Part shown: piece after piece, positions 30,225 through 40,081 of the stretch
Numbering within the stretch: position 1 is the first letter of the stretch
Layout of the letters: each line of letters begins with the position of its first letter
DNA from: an uncultured Bacteroidales bacterium
GTDB lineage: Bacteria > Bacteroidota > Bacteroidia > Bacteroidales > UBA10428
Direction of reading: 5' to 3'
Length of the DNA: 64,000 bases
Assembly (NCBI GenBank): GCA_964456825.1
Contig: CAYWCR010000012.1
Coordinates: forward strand, 1,223 to 65,222
The notes under the pieces: generated by a model
What the model was told of the DNA's origin: nothing
Database searches by the model: none
What the model saw: only the letters and a program-made list of their open reading frames with translations
Program-made: the position numbers and the translations under genes

Positions 30225-32859
30225 ATTGTCTTCCGAATCTCCATTTTTCCTTCCTGGCTACCCCCGACTCTTTAACGGTAAATTCTGCCGATGCGCTAAC
30301 GGATTTCCCGGCATCATCCATACCTTGAACAAGAATGACATAAGTACCTGAAACATCAGATGAATAAAAGGTAACCGTCATCCGGTCCTCTTGTGCCGGA
30401 ATAAGAAGTCCCGGATTCCAGTATAAGGTTGTCCTGATATCATCTGCGGAAGCTTTTTCAAGGCTGTAATCGGGAGAGCGAAATTCACGGTTCAGCTCCA
30501 GCATATCAATTCCTGACAAACCGGGAAGCATTCTGTTCTGGGCAACTCCCCGCACTGTTATAATATCGATAACAGCCAGATAATTAAGGCTTGTATATCG
30601 TCTGATCTCTGACGGGGTGGTGAGTATATCAATGTAGACAATGTCAGGAGGAGTCAAGTTGTGGATAACGTTGACATGAGTTCCCTGTGACAAGCCATCC
30701 ACCAGGATCAGGGCTCCGGTCGGATTGGTGTATACATTCTGTATTCCTTTGAAAAATATCTGATCATTTATTACATCCAGCGGTTTCAGGTTTATGATGA
30801 TATCCATTACGCTTGAATAATCGACATATTGCTGGGGACTGGATATCTTCTTTGCTTCGCGGTCAGTACTCTTTTTCTTTTTTTCAGGATACTGGAAAGT
30901 TGCCAGTACATCAGGATAGGGGAATTTGAAAATATCGGCGATTTTTTGTTCTGTTAGATTTTTTTCGCTGATCATCAATGAATTATTTACAGATTTCGAG
31001 AAATCCTGGTCCACGATTGGCCATAATGTCGTCTTTCCGGACGCATCAAATGCATTGATGTTCAAATAATTGAAATCAATGATATCCGAACCGAATAAAA
31101 CCCTGAATATGCCTGATTCATCACATTGTGTTTCGTACGATTTCCAGTTCGCTATGTTGATGGCTTTGACCTTGGCATAACCGACCGGTACTTTTCTTTT
31201 GTCGTAGACGATGCCGGTAAGCCCATCGCGGTTATAATACCTTACCTTGCTGTCCCCGGTAGGCGAAGCCAGGGATGCCCAGTTCACCGGGAAAGGCTTG
31301 GATGACATTAAATATGCATTGGTATCCATGGCTTCCGATCTGAAAATAACATCGGGGAGCCGGTTTTCATAGTTCACGTACTCATCAATATTCACACCAT
31401 GATAATTCTCCGCCAAATGTTTCTGGGTAACCGATAATGAAAGATCGAGATTGCCGTTTATGTTGCCCTTGTCAGTCAGGAGGATTTCAGCGGTTATCCT
31501 TTCACGCTTGCCATAGCGGTTCTTGTCTGTAATTATCCTGACGGGATTGATCATGCTTTTCCCCTTAAGAAGATTATCATAAAGGAGGCCTCCTTTTTCA
31601 TCCAATACCGAAACCTGAACCAGCCCTTCCCTGTTTTCCGGAAGTGGTACATCAACTATGGCTTCACCGGTCATTTCAATGGTCGATGACCAGTATTTCT
31701 TACGGGATGAGGATGCTATCCATGATGTTTTAACGGATGTATTCTCCGGTAAAGCTTTCACCGCAAAGGATAAATCGTTGTTCTTAATGCCCTGGTAATC
31801 AATATAGATTCCGGACCCGGCAACAGGAGGTAGGATGTAGAGGCTGTCGCCGGGTGGGACGATAATCCTTGCCCTGTATATCCGGTCATTTGGCACGAAC
31901 GAAAATTCGCCATGGCCATTGACTCCGCTTTTAAACGACAAAATCGCTTTGCCTGACTGGTTTATAATTTCTCCCTCACAGCAAACCGGTACTCCGTTCG
32001 GGGTTTGTGTTCTGAAACTGACCCGGTTCTCACAGCCTTTCAGCAGGTAGGGTTGGGCTGAATTGAAGGTTAGCCGGATATCCCCTGATAACAATGGCAG
32101 CGGAAAGATATATTTGCCGGTGCCTTGTTTGCTGCTGATGATAAATTTAATGAAACATACTTCCCGGATCTTGTGCAAAGGAATACCATCTTTGATTTGA
32201 GCAAGCCCCTGCGGATCAGTGATGGAATTTCCCTGCTTCATGTTCTTATGGATCCCCTGGATGGAATAGGTCACTGATGCACCTCCCACGGGTTCACCGG
32301 TTTGAGTCCTGACACTAAGGACTGCAGCAAATGTATCGGAGTTGCAGGTTGCTTTGTCAAGCATCCTGAAGTCCGCTATAATCCTTCTCTTATTGTTTTT
32401 TACCACGATCATTTCTTTGCTGAAGAATTGAACAGGATCACTGTTTTTCATCCAGCTTGTATACGCCAGCAGATAATATTTGCCCCGCTCGGTTGATTTT
32501 GGCAAAGAAAGGTATCCGGAGACAACATTATTGACGATAGGATACCTTCGGTAAATCAACTCGTCGTTTTGCTGGTCCAGTAGTTTTACATATAAATCAT
32601 TACTGTACAGGGGAGTACGATCACCATTCAGGGAAGCAATATACCCTTTAAACCATACTGTTTCACCAGCCTCATAAAGGTATTTATCGGTATGGAGAAA
32701 GACTTTCTCCATGGGATATTGCTTGTTGTACCAATCAATTCTATCCCCGGGTTGATCAGGAAGGAGAACGCTGTCGGAGGCTGCCAGAGCAAGTATTAGG
32801 ATGACAGGACCCGCCAGGAGTTTCCATTTGCCGGTATGGAGTGTACTGAATGAGACCAT
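30223..32859 (-). CDS. Large exported protein with an MG2-like N-terminal region and a TonB Plug-like C-terminal segment, without a beta-barrel
   Basis: N-terminal hydrophobic segment. YLYEAGETVWFKGYI resembles MG2-domain starts. ALILVDGLSQG...PPDIVYIDIL...AVIDIITVRG resembles Plug domains. Calls are by resemblance only. Confidence 0.45.
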   Translation of the reverse strand: MVSFSTLHTGKWKLLAGPVILILALAASDSVLLPDQPGDRIDWYNKQYPMEKVFLHTDKYLYEAGETVWFKGYIASLNGDRTPLYSNDLYVKLLDQQNDELIYRRYPIVNNVVSGYLSLPKSTERGKYYLLAYTSWMKNSDPVQFFSKEMIVVKNNKRRIIADFRMLDKATCNSDTFAAVLSVRTQTGEPVGGASVTYSIQGIHKNMKQGNSITDPQGLAQIKDGIPLHKIREVCFIKFIISSKQGTGKYIFPLPLLSGDIRLTFNSAQPYLLKGCENRVSFRTQTPNGVPVCCEGEIINQSGKAILSFKSGVNGHGEFSFVPNDRIYRARIIVPPGDSLYILPPVAGSGIYIDYQGIKNNDLSFAVKALPENTSVKTSWIASSSRKKYWSSTIEMTGEAIVDVPLPENREGLVQVSVLDEKGGLLYDNLLKGKSMINPVRIITDKNRYGKRERITAEILLTDKGNINGNLDLSLSVTQKHLAENYHGVNIDEYVNYENRLPDVIFRSEAMDTNAYLMSSKPFPVNWASLASPTGDSKVRYYNRDGLTGIVYDKRKVPVGYAKVKAINIANWKSYETQCDESGIFRVLFGSDIIDFNYLNINAFDASGKTTLWPIVDQDFSKSVNNSLMISEKNLTEQKIADIFKFPYPDVLATFQYPEKKKKSTDREAKKISSPQQYVDYSSVMDIIINLKPLDVINDQIFFKGIQNVYTNPTGALILVDGLSQGTHVNVIHNLTPPDIVYIDILTTPSEIRRYTSLNYLAVIDIITVRGVAQNRMLPGLSGIDMLELNREFRSPDYSLEKASADDIRTTLYWNPGLLIPAQEDRMTVTFYSSDVSGTYVILVQGMDDAGKSVSASAEFTVKESGVARKEKWRFGRQ

Positions 32860-32872
32860 AATTCACTTACCT

Positions 32873-34459
32873 TTATTCATGGTTAATTGTATCGGGTATT
32901 GTATCATTTATTTTACGGATCGCAAAACGCTGATCAAACTGAATGCCCTCCTTTTTCCCAAGCCTCAGAATTGTTTTTTCAATGGGCTCCTCGGGGATAA
33001 TGATGTTTTCATCTCCCCAGAATGACTCATCCGTTTCCTGGATCTGTTGTACCAGTATATCGCGCGGACGTGATATCTCGTTAAATTTAAAACGGGCGGT
33101 AATGGAACTGTCAATACCGGTAACCACAAATTCGGAAACGGATTCAAACATGTAGTTTAGCTTGTCCTGTGATTTATCCTTTCTGTGTCTGACCCGCACG
33201 CTGATATCACTTCTGACATTGCTCAGATTCCACCGGTTGTTATACTGCCGGTAATATACCTGGTAACTTGCGCTGACGGGTTTTACCCTTAGTTTGCGCG
33301 GACATTTTTTGACGTAGAGCCCCTCAGCATAATTCATCCCCTCCTGGCTGAGTTCGAAATCTGCACCGATGATCGCCAGGCTTTCCACATCGATGTATAG
33401 CTTTCCCCTGTAACATGGATAATTTACACCGCTGCGCTGATCAAATGAAATAATATAGGTAGGCCTTTCATGGTGATAGATTATTTTGTCGATAATATAA
33501 TCATACAAATGAAAATAATCCTTGTCAAGAAAAGTGATCCCGTTTTTTACTATATCCAGCTGCAGGTTATTGTACAATCCGCCCTGAACAATGAAATCAA
33601 TATTTTCCTTGTTGGCAATGTTGTTGCCTTTCCTTCCTTTGAATATTTTCACCTGATCTGGACGGGAGGAGATATAGGATTCCTTGAATATATGAATAAC
33701 GGCTTCTGACAAGGATATATTGTCATCGTTCTGTTTGGTCGATTCACGAAAAAATGCTGTTAAAACAGATGCATTAAGCTCATAATTTTCCGGAATACTC
33801 TCAATGGCCTTTGTTATAATATAAATCGGATCGTAAGGCCTGATAATGATCTCATCAATCTGTACGTGGCTGGTAGATAACCGGATGGTAAGATGATTCG
33901 TGTCGATGTCATAAACGGGCATACGGAACAAACTGTAACCGATGTAGGATACACCTAATGTGTCTTCCGGCGGGATATCCGAAAGCTTCAGCATAAAAGC
34001 CCCGGATGCGTTGGTAATGGTGCCGACACTTTTGTTGACGATGAAAACATTGGCATAGGGCAAGGGCTTTCTGGATTTCTTGTCCAGTACGACACCCCGT
34101 ATATATCGGACAGCAAGATTGGGTTTGATAACCGGCCGCTGTCTTTCTGCAATCAGCAAAATTTTATTGTTCCTTTCAACAAACCTGATGCTGTCAGGAT
34201 TGAGGATCTCGGTCAGATGCGAGCGGATGGTCTGTTTTGATTTTGACAGGGTGACGATCCTGTAAACCGGCACTTTTGATGTATAGGAAAACTCGATTTT
34301 TGCTTCTTCGCTGATCTCATCCAGAAAGTTTTCGATACTGTTCCGCCCTGTTGGTAATTTGATCTCTTTATCCAGCAAGGATTTCTGAGCCTTAATCGAA
34401 AAACAGGAAAATAATGTAATCAGGATGAGAACACCGGTATTTCGGAAGCAGGATTTCAT
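32873..34459 (-). CDS. STN-like plus carboxypeptidase-regulatory-like domain protein (no Plug, no barrel)
   Basis: Signal peptide. IENFLDEISEEAKIEFSY resembles the secretin/TonB N-terminal signalling domain. IRGVVLDKKSRKPLPYANVFI...TNASGAFML is CarboxypepD_reg-like. Only 528 aa. Confidence 0.55.
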   Translation of the reverse strand: MKSCFRNTGVLILITLFSCFSIKAQKSLLDKEIKLPTGRNSIENFLDEISEEAKIEFSYTSKVPVYRIVTLSKSKQTIRSHLTEILNPDSIRFVERNNKILLIAERQRPVIKPNLAVRYIRGVVLDKKSRKPLPYANVFIVNKSVGTITNASGAFMLKLSDIPPEDTLGVSYIGYSLFRMPVYDIDTNHLTIRLSTSHVQIDEIIIRPYDPIYIITKAIESIPENYELNASVLTAFFRESTKQNDDNISLSEAVIHIFKESYISSRPDQVKIFKGRKGNNIANKENIDFIVQGGLYNNLQLDIVKNGITFLDKDYFHLYDYIIDKIIYHHERPTYIISFDQRSGVNYPCYRGKLYIDVESLAIIGADFELSQEGMNYAEGLYVKKCPRKLRVKPVSASYQVYYRQYNNRWNLSNVRSDISVRVRHRKDKSQDKLNYMFESVSEFVVTGIDSSITARFKFNEISRPRDILVQQIQETDESFWGDENIIIPEEPIEKTILRLGKKEGIQFDQRFAIRKINDTIPDTINHE

Positions 34460-34481
34460 AATTCGAAAATTACAAAAATCC

Positions 34482-35450
34482 CTACTGTTTCACAACGATA
34501 ATATTTTCTGCCTGATTAATGGTTAGGGATGTAAGCAAACGAAGTTCTTCCAGAATATCATCCAGTGTTTGTTCAGTGAACTGTGCAGTAAGGCTGTCGT
34601 CTATAGCGGTTTCAATATGCAGTTCCTGATGAAAGTGATGGGCAATATCCTGAAGAGCCGATTCAACAGGAGTCTTGTGAAAAACAAGCTGACCGGTTTT
34701 CCAGGATATATTGTTGAGGTTCACCTGTTGATGTTTTTCAACCGTGTTATCCCTGAACATGAATCCGGATTCATCCTTTGAAACTATGGTTGCGACAGCA
34801 GGATTCTCGGAGGACTGAAACGAAATACTACCCGAAAGAACCAACACACGGACATAAGCAGTATCCTCAAAAATAGAAAAACGTGTTCCGGTAACTTCAA
34901 CAACGGAATTACCCGTGTAGACCCTGAAGGGAAGTTTCGGGTTATGTTCTGCTTCAAAATAGGCTTCTCCCTGCAATATGATATCCCGGGAATCATGGTT
35001 AAAACTCCGGTTGTACCGCAAGGATGAATTGACATTCAGGGTAACCATGGATCCATCCGGTAATGTTACGGATTTTACCTGTTCCAGGGATTCCACGGAT
35101 GTGTAATGCGAAGGATCTTTGGCAACCGTATGAAAAATCTTTATCAGTCCAAGAGATAAACCGATGGCCAGTAAAACAAACGCTGCGATTCTAAGCATAT
35201 ATTGCCGGAATGAAATGGCTTTGTGCCTCAGTTTATAAGGACTGCCAATTCGCTGCCGTACGATGGTCCAGTCAACTTCGGTATCGATATCTTCAAAGGG
35301 TTTAATATGTGAAGATTCATTCCACAGGGTTTGCAGCTTTTCAACTTCAGCCCGTCTGCCAGGTTTTTCCTTCATCCAACGCTGCAATTCATCTATGTCC
35401 TCTTTGCTGGCTGTCTGATTAAAGAATTTTGAAATGAGATTAAAATTCAT
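34482..35450 (-). CDS. FecR-family anti-sigma factor
   Basis: Cytoplasmic N-terminus, a single TM helice (LRIAAFVLLAIGLSLGLI), and a periplasmic FecR domain (LPDGSMVTLN..S.L.Y, GEAYFE). Confidence 0.85.
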   Translation of the reverse strand: MNFNLISKFFNQTASKEDIDELQRWMKEKPGRRAEVEKLQTLWNESSHIKPFEDIDTEVDWTIVRQRIGSPYKLRHKAISFRQYMLRIAAFVLLAIGLSLGLIKIFHTVAKDPSHYTSVESLEQVKSVTLPDGSMVTLNVNSSLRYNRSFNHDSRDIILQGEAYFEAEHNPKLPFRVYTGNSVVEVTGTRFSIFEDTAYVRVLVLSGSISFQSSENPAVATIVSKDESGFMFRDNTVEKHQQVNLNNISWKTGQLVFHKTPVESALQDIAHHFHQELHIETAIDDSLTAQFTEQTLDDILEELRLLTSLTINQAENIIVVKQ

Positions 35451-35557
35451 GGTAAAAATCTAAAGCTAATTATAAGACATTTAATTATTCATTTGCACTT
35501 ACTTGCAGGCAATCGTTGCAGGTTATTAAATATAATATAAAATTGAAAATCAGTTAT

Positions 35558-36139
35558 TTAATTTATGAACAATTTTAAAAGGACTATAACCGGAAAATAG
35601 TCAGCAAGCTTTTTTCGCATAATTTTCAAAGCTTTGCTGATCTGAGTTTCAATGGTTCTCTTCGAAAGTTTTAACCGCTCAGCGATCTGATCGTTTTTAA
35701 GCCCCTCCAGCCGGTTCATTTTAAATATCCGCCTGCACTGATCGGGTAAACTCTCAATGCAGGCATAAATACGGTTTTGTAATTCAATAGCTGCAACCTG
35801 ATCATCGTCAAATACATTTTCGGATTGAATCGCTATGTTTTTAAGATGTTTCATACGCATTTCCATGTGTGAGATATGATTGATACAGCCGTTGTAAACC
35901 GAACGATAAAGGTATGATTTCAGGGATGTATCAATGAAGACCGAAAGCCTTTTTTCATAAAATTTAACAAAGAAATCCTGTACAATTTCCTTTGCCATAT
36001 CGGGATCCCTGACGTAATTCATGGCAAAAACAACCAGTGGACGGTAATATTCCTTAAAAAGCAATTCAAAAGACTGCATATTACCTGACTTCAAATCATC
36101 CAGGCAAACCGGTGCCTTTTTTGCTGGTGCCATTTTCAA
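35558..36139 (-). CDS. ECF sigma-70 factor (Bacteroidota FecI-like)
   Basis: Region 2 (AKEIVQDFFVKFYEK) and region 4 (LKNDQIAERLKLSKRTIETQISKAL). Directly upstream of fecR. Confidence 0.85.
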   Translation of the reverse strand: MKMAPAKKAPVCLDDLKSGNMQSFELLFKEYYRPLVVFAMNYVRDPDMAKEIVQDFFVKFYEKRLSVFIDTSLKSYLYRSVYNGCINHISHMEMRMKHLKNIAIQSENVFDDDQVAAIELQNRIYACIESLPDQCRRIFKMNRLEGLKNDQIAERLKLSKRTIETQISKALKIMRKKLADYFPVIVLLKLFIN

Positions 36140-36354
36140 TCAGGCTTTTCCGGATAAGTTTCCCCTAAAACAGTCGCAGGTGCATTTAGGAATATATTTC
36201 CAAACCATGACACCCGGAAATTCAGAAAAAAGAGCAGGGAGATTCTCTTTCGCATAGGATTGTGCTTGGGATTCGAAGCATAAATATAACTAAAAAACGG
36301 AAAAATAGACAAAAATTTCAATTCCTTCAGTCCTCCTGTTACCAATAATAATTT

Positions 36355-36362
36355 TAAATTTG
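36355..36362 (+). promoter_or_regulatory. Candidate -7 box TAnnTTTG upstream of the aldose 1-epimerase gene
   Basis: taaatttg ends 34 nt upstream of the ATG at 36397. Confidence 0.45.
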
Positions 36363-36396
36363 CACCCTGCTAATTTTTTAACTTAACAATAAACGT

Positions 36397-37533
36397 ATGA
36401 AAATAATCAGATTCCTTCCGTTAGCTTTATTGGTGTTTTTGATGGGCTGCAAGCAACAGGCTCCCGTTACCTCCGGCATTCAACAGAAATCATTTGGGAA
36501 GTTGGCCGATGGTACGGAAACTACCTTGTATACGCTCACAAACGCACTGGGAATGACAGTATCCATCACAAATTATGGTGGCAGGATTACTTCCATCATG
36601 GTTCCTGATAAAAATGGATCAATAGGTGATGTCATCCTTGGTTTTGACAGTGTGGCCGGATATGTAGCCGACAATACTTTTCAGGGCAGCCTCGTTGGCC
36701 GTTACGCGAACCGTATCGGTAAGGGTCAGTTCTCCATTGACGGCAAAGCCTATACCCTTGCCTGCAATAATGCACCTAATCACCTGCATGGCGGTATTGT
36801 TGGATTTGACAGAAAAATGTGGGGTGTTAAAGAAATATCCGACTCTGCTCAGGTTGGTGTGGAATTATCCTATACCAGTGTTAGCGGCGAAGAAGGATAT
36901 CCCGGTAATCTTTCCGTAAAGGTTATTTATTCGCTCAGCAATGGTTCCAACGACCTTAAAATCGAATATTGGGCCGAAACGGATACGCCCACCATTGTGA
37001 ATCTTACCAATCATGCCTATTATAACCTCTCTGCAGGTGCACAGCCTACCATTCTCGATCAGTATCTCATGATACCGGCCGATTCGATAACTCCGGTTGA
37101 CAGTACGCTCATCCCCACAGGAACGCTGGCCGGTGTTGAAGGAACACCATTCGATTTCAGAAAACTAACCAAAGTCGGGCTTATGTTAGGTGCTTCCGAT
37201 CAGCAAATGTGATATGGGCAGGGATATGATCATAATTTCGCACTGCATTATAACGGAAGTCTGGCCCTGGCGGCAGAAGTAGTTGACAGCATTTCCGGCA
37301 GGGTGTTGCAGGTACAAACCACAAAACCCGGTATTCAGTTCTACAGTGGCAATTTCCTCGATGGTACCTTTACCGGAAAGGAAGGGAAGGTCCATACTTA
37401 CCGCTGTGCGCTTTGCCTTGAACCCCAGCATTTCCCTGACTCACCCAATAAGCCCCAATTTGTATCCCCGGTCCTCCGGCCTGGTGAAAAATACCATCAG
37501 ATTGATTTATACAAATTCTCCGTATTGCCGTAA
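36397..37533 (+). pseudogene. galM: Aldose 1-epimerase (galactose mutarotase) interrupted by a single in-frame TGA at 37210-37212
   Basis: ORFs 36397-37212 and 37303-37533 are in the same frame. Read-through gives ...GASDQQM*YGQGYDHNFALHYNG...RVLQVQTTKPGIQFYSGNF...CLEPQHFPDSPN, a full-length mutarotase with the GYDHNF, QFY.GN and CLE.Q blocks intact. Confidence 0.75.
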
Positions 37534-37554
37534 AGCGTTATAGAATTAAAAACT

Positions 37555-37590
37555 ACTGCCAGATACCGGAAGGTACCTGGCAGTTTTTTT
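37555..37590 (+). terminator. Intrinsic terminator after galM (convergent junction)
   Basis: actgccag (37555-37562) pairs with ctggcagt (37577-37584), with an inner tacc/ggta extension, followed by T7. Confidence 0.75.
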
Positions 37591-37636
37591 ATATGGACAG
37601 ATCCAAAATCCCGGAATCTACCGGACAGAATCAGTG

Positions 37637-38431
37637 CTATTCTTTAACAAATTTGGAACATACAGTCCCTGTAACTGATTCCAGTGTCATGAAGTAAATA
37701 CCCCTGGTGAGGTCGGATATATCCAGAACCTCAAAATCGGAGTGCTGAAACTGAAACGATTTGATGTTCTGCCCTGTCAGGTTGGTAATGGCTATCCGCT
37801 TTAATCCTTCACACCGTACGTTTATCATTTCTTCAGCAGGGTCAGGATAGAGGCTGAAACTGATTTGGCTTTTATTCTTCAATGATGTACCAAAATCAAA
37901 TGTGCCTTCGAAACCGATATTATCAATATAACTTAAAGAACCGGCCGTCCGGGTTGCAGGGAAATCCGGGAAAAAGACCAATCGTGTATAGGTTTTGCCC
38001 TTAACCCCTGAAAAGTCAAAGGAAAGCAATTCCCATTCACCAGTCAGCGTATTGGGAGTCCTTACCTCAACTACGTCAGCTCCTGCTTCAAGTTTTAAAA
38101 GACAATCACTGATCACATCTTTATAGACCATCATTTGCAGCATGAATTGGTCATTGTTGATCTCAATATCGCCATAGGCATCAGAATAAGCTCCCGCCCA
38201 GGGATCGGCATTAACCAGCACGTTAAACAGGATACAGTAATCCGATGGATTAATGCCGGACATATCCGGATTTTCAGCCAGCACAAGATTCTCCGCAGCT
38301 TCACCGGCATTCGCAAATTGATTCCAGTTAGTATCCTCCTCCACCTCTTCGAAATAAACGGGCAGTGTATACTGCGCATTTATACCCATGCAAAGCAGGA
38401 CGAATAAAATAACAAATAATTCTTTTTTCAT
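37637..38431 (-). CDS. Secreted protein with a T9SS C-terminal sorting domain
   Basis: Start chosen at MKKELFVILFVLLCMGINAQ (signal peptide). C-terminus LYPDPAEEMINV...ITNLTGQNI...GIYFMTLE is CTD-like. Confidence 0.7.
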   Translation of the reverse strand: MKKELFVILFVLLCMGINAQYTLPVYFEEVEEDTNWNQFANAGEAAENLVLAENPDMSGINPSDYCILFNVLVNADPWAGAYSDAYGDIEINNDQFMLQMMVYKDVISDCLLKLEAGADVVEVRTPNTLTGEWELLSFDFSGVKGKTYTRLVFFPDFPATRTAGSLSYIDNIGFEGTFDFGTSLKNKSQISFSLYPDPAEEMINVRCEGLKRIAITNLTGQNIKSFQFQHSDFEVLDISDLTRGIYFMTLESVTGTVCSKFVKE

Positions 38432-38708
38432 AGTAGTTGATTTTCTGATTATATAAAAATATCCAATAAATACATGATTCATATTGTCTCCCATAAATTC
38501 CCCAATCAGGGAAATTCCGGGATTCCGGCAGGTTAATTATGGCTATCCCGGTTTGGAGGATAAACCATAATAAAATTAATGAATTTACTGGATAATCAAA
38601 AAAGGAAACAAGATTATTTGTTTAACAAAACCACTTTAATATATACCGGTTTTTCAGCAGGTGTATTATACAGTTCTCTGTATTCCTGATTTTTTCACCT
38701 GTTATTTA

Positions 38709-39953
38709 TTAAAGAAAGATCCTTCTGATATGCCTTTCATATAAATTCTCAAAAACCTGACTGCCTACCAGATCGGCATTTACCAGGAGGGCATTAAGGT
38801 ATACACTGCCGTATTCGGCTGCAATTTTATATCCGACATGAATCAGCTGGCGCAGGTCGGGATTAAAATCCGGATGCCCCGGCACATGCCTGAGGGAATG
38901 GGCAAATTTATCTGCATTCCATGCATGGACCGTTTCCGGTGATGGCAGCCTGGAGGGATTAATATCAATTACCGATGCATAGGGAGCGCACAGATCCGCA
39001 CGGCGCTGGTATGCTTTTGCATAAATTCCCTTGGCCAGTTCAAGCGCATCCCCTCCTGCCATTGCCAGTCCTGTTACCTCCTCGAGCCACGTGGTACCAG
39101 CCGTTTTTAAATGGATACCCTTGTTATACTGCCGCATGATCCTGGCTATTTCGGGATACAGGCTGAATTTGTCACTGCCTGAATGGACACTCAGTTTAGG
39201 ACCAGGCTCCAGGCTGAATTCCTTTACCGCAAAATCGATTACCAGGATATCCTCTTCAAATTCTTTTGCAAAAGTTTTAATATCACCCACGTAGTCGACT
39301 CCTTTATTAAACCTTCCGGTAAACTTGGGAGCGATTGTGCTGAATGATACCTTTTCCATAGCAAGGGCTCCCATGATGAAGAACAGCTCAATAGGGGTCT
39401 GCGGATTATTAACTTCATCCATGGATACTTCAGCAATGAAATTGTCTTTCCCTTTTTTGTTTTCAATTGTCCTGTAAATTGCCGCGGCTTCCTTTACAGC
39501 AAAGAGGTATTTACCGGCAATTTCCTGAAGTGCTTTTTCTGTGATCTCAAATGGCCTTGCTATTCCCGGGACCATAAGGCTGCCCTGGTATTTTTTAAAG
39601 AAATACAGAAAGGCAGCAATATCTTTTTCCTGTGCGGGCTTCCCGATGAAATCCGCGACGTCAAGGGTAAAAAAATCACTCGAATCAAGGAATTTTTCAA
39701 CATTGGAATTGTTGATATGGTCAGCATCAACAAAATAATCCTTTCTCCATTTCCTTTCCTTTACCGCATGATCAGCTTCCGTTCTGACATCATCCGGTGC
39801 AGAATGAACAATGGTATGCTCCCGGTTTGATTTGTTCCATACCGGTGTGATCTCAACACCGGCTTGCAGGGCTTTTTCAAAAGCCTGTAACTGATATATT
39901 CCCTGCAATCCAAACCGATCACCTATGCCCATTGAATATTTTCCTAATTTCAT
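38709..39953 (-). CDS. Tagaturonate/fructuronate epimerase (UxaE)-like protein
   Basis: 414 aa. The N-terminal YSMGIGDRFG motif and overall size recall the UxaE family. The call is by recognition only. Confidence 0.55.
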   Translation of the reverse strand: MKLGKYSMGIGDRFGLQGIYQLQAFEKALQAGVEITPVWNKSNREHTIVHSAPDDVRTEADHAVKERKWRKDYFVDADHINNSNVEKFLDSSDFFTLDVADFIGKPAQEKDIAAFLYFFKKYQGSLMVPGIARPFEITEKALQEIAGKYLFAVKEAAAIYRTIENKKGKDNFIAEVSMDEVNNPQTPIELFFIMGALAMEKVSFSTIAPKFTGRFNKGVDYVGDIKTFAKEFEEDILVIDFAVKEFSLEPGPKLSVHSGSDKFSLYPEIARIMRQYNKGIHLKTAGTTWLEEVTGLAMAGGDALELAKGIYAKAYQRRADLCAPYASVIDINPSRLPSPETVHAWNADKFAHSLRHVPGHPDFNPDLRQLIHVGYKIAAEYGSVYLNALLVNADLVGSQVFENLYERHIRRIFL

Positions 39954-39983
39954 GGTTGTTTATATTGGTTAAAAACTAACTTC

Positions 39984-39997
39984 CGTGTACGGACACG
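39984..39997. promoter_or_regulatory. Candidate operator 1, CGTGT-N4-ACACG
   Basis: cgtgtacggacacg. The extended match TTCCGTGTACGsACACGA is shared (inverted) with site 2. Confidence 0.5.
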
Positions 39998-40035
39998 AAA
40001 TTACATTATTTTTTTATCAGGCAAAAAAAAATTCC

Positions 40036-40043
40036 TATATTTG
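40036..40043 (+). promoter_or_regulatory. Candidate -7 box TAnnTTTG for the LacI-family gene
   Basis: tatatttg, 12 nt upstream of operator 2 and 38 nt upstream of the ATG at 40082. Confidence 0.45.
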
Positions 40044-40055
40044 TCAAAAATTAAT

Positions 40056-40069
40056 CGTGTGCGTACACG
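40056..40069. promoter_or_regulatory. Candidate operator 2, CGTGT-N4-ACACG
   Basis: cgtgtgcgtacacg. With its flanks it is the reverse complement of site 1 apart from one central base. Confidence 0.5.
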
Positions 40070-40081
40070 GAAAAAGCAATC

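Noticed and set aside
37210-37212. In-frame TGA as evidence for an alternative genetic code (TGA as a sense codon)
   Set aside because: Many well-defined genes in the window terminate at TGA at the expected length (for example GH127 at 7427-7429, aroC at 29300-29302 and the BtrH-like genes). No other gene needs TGA read-through.
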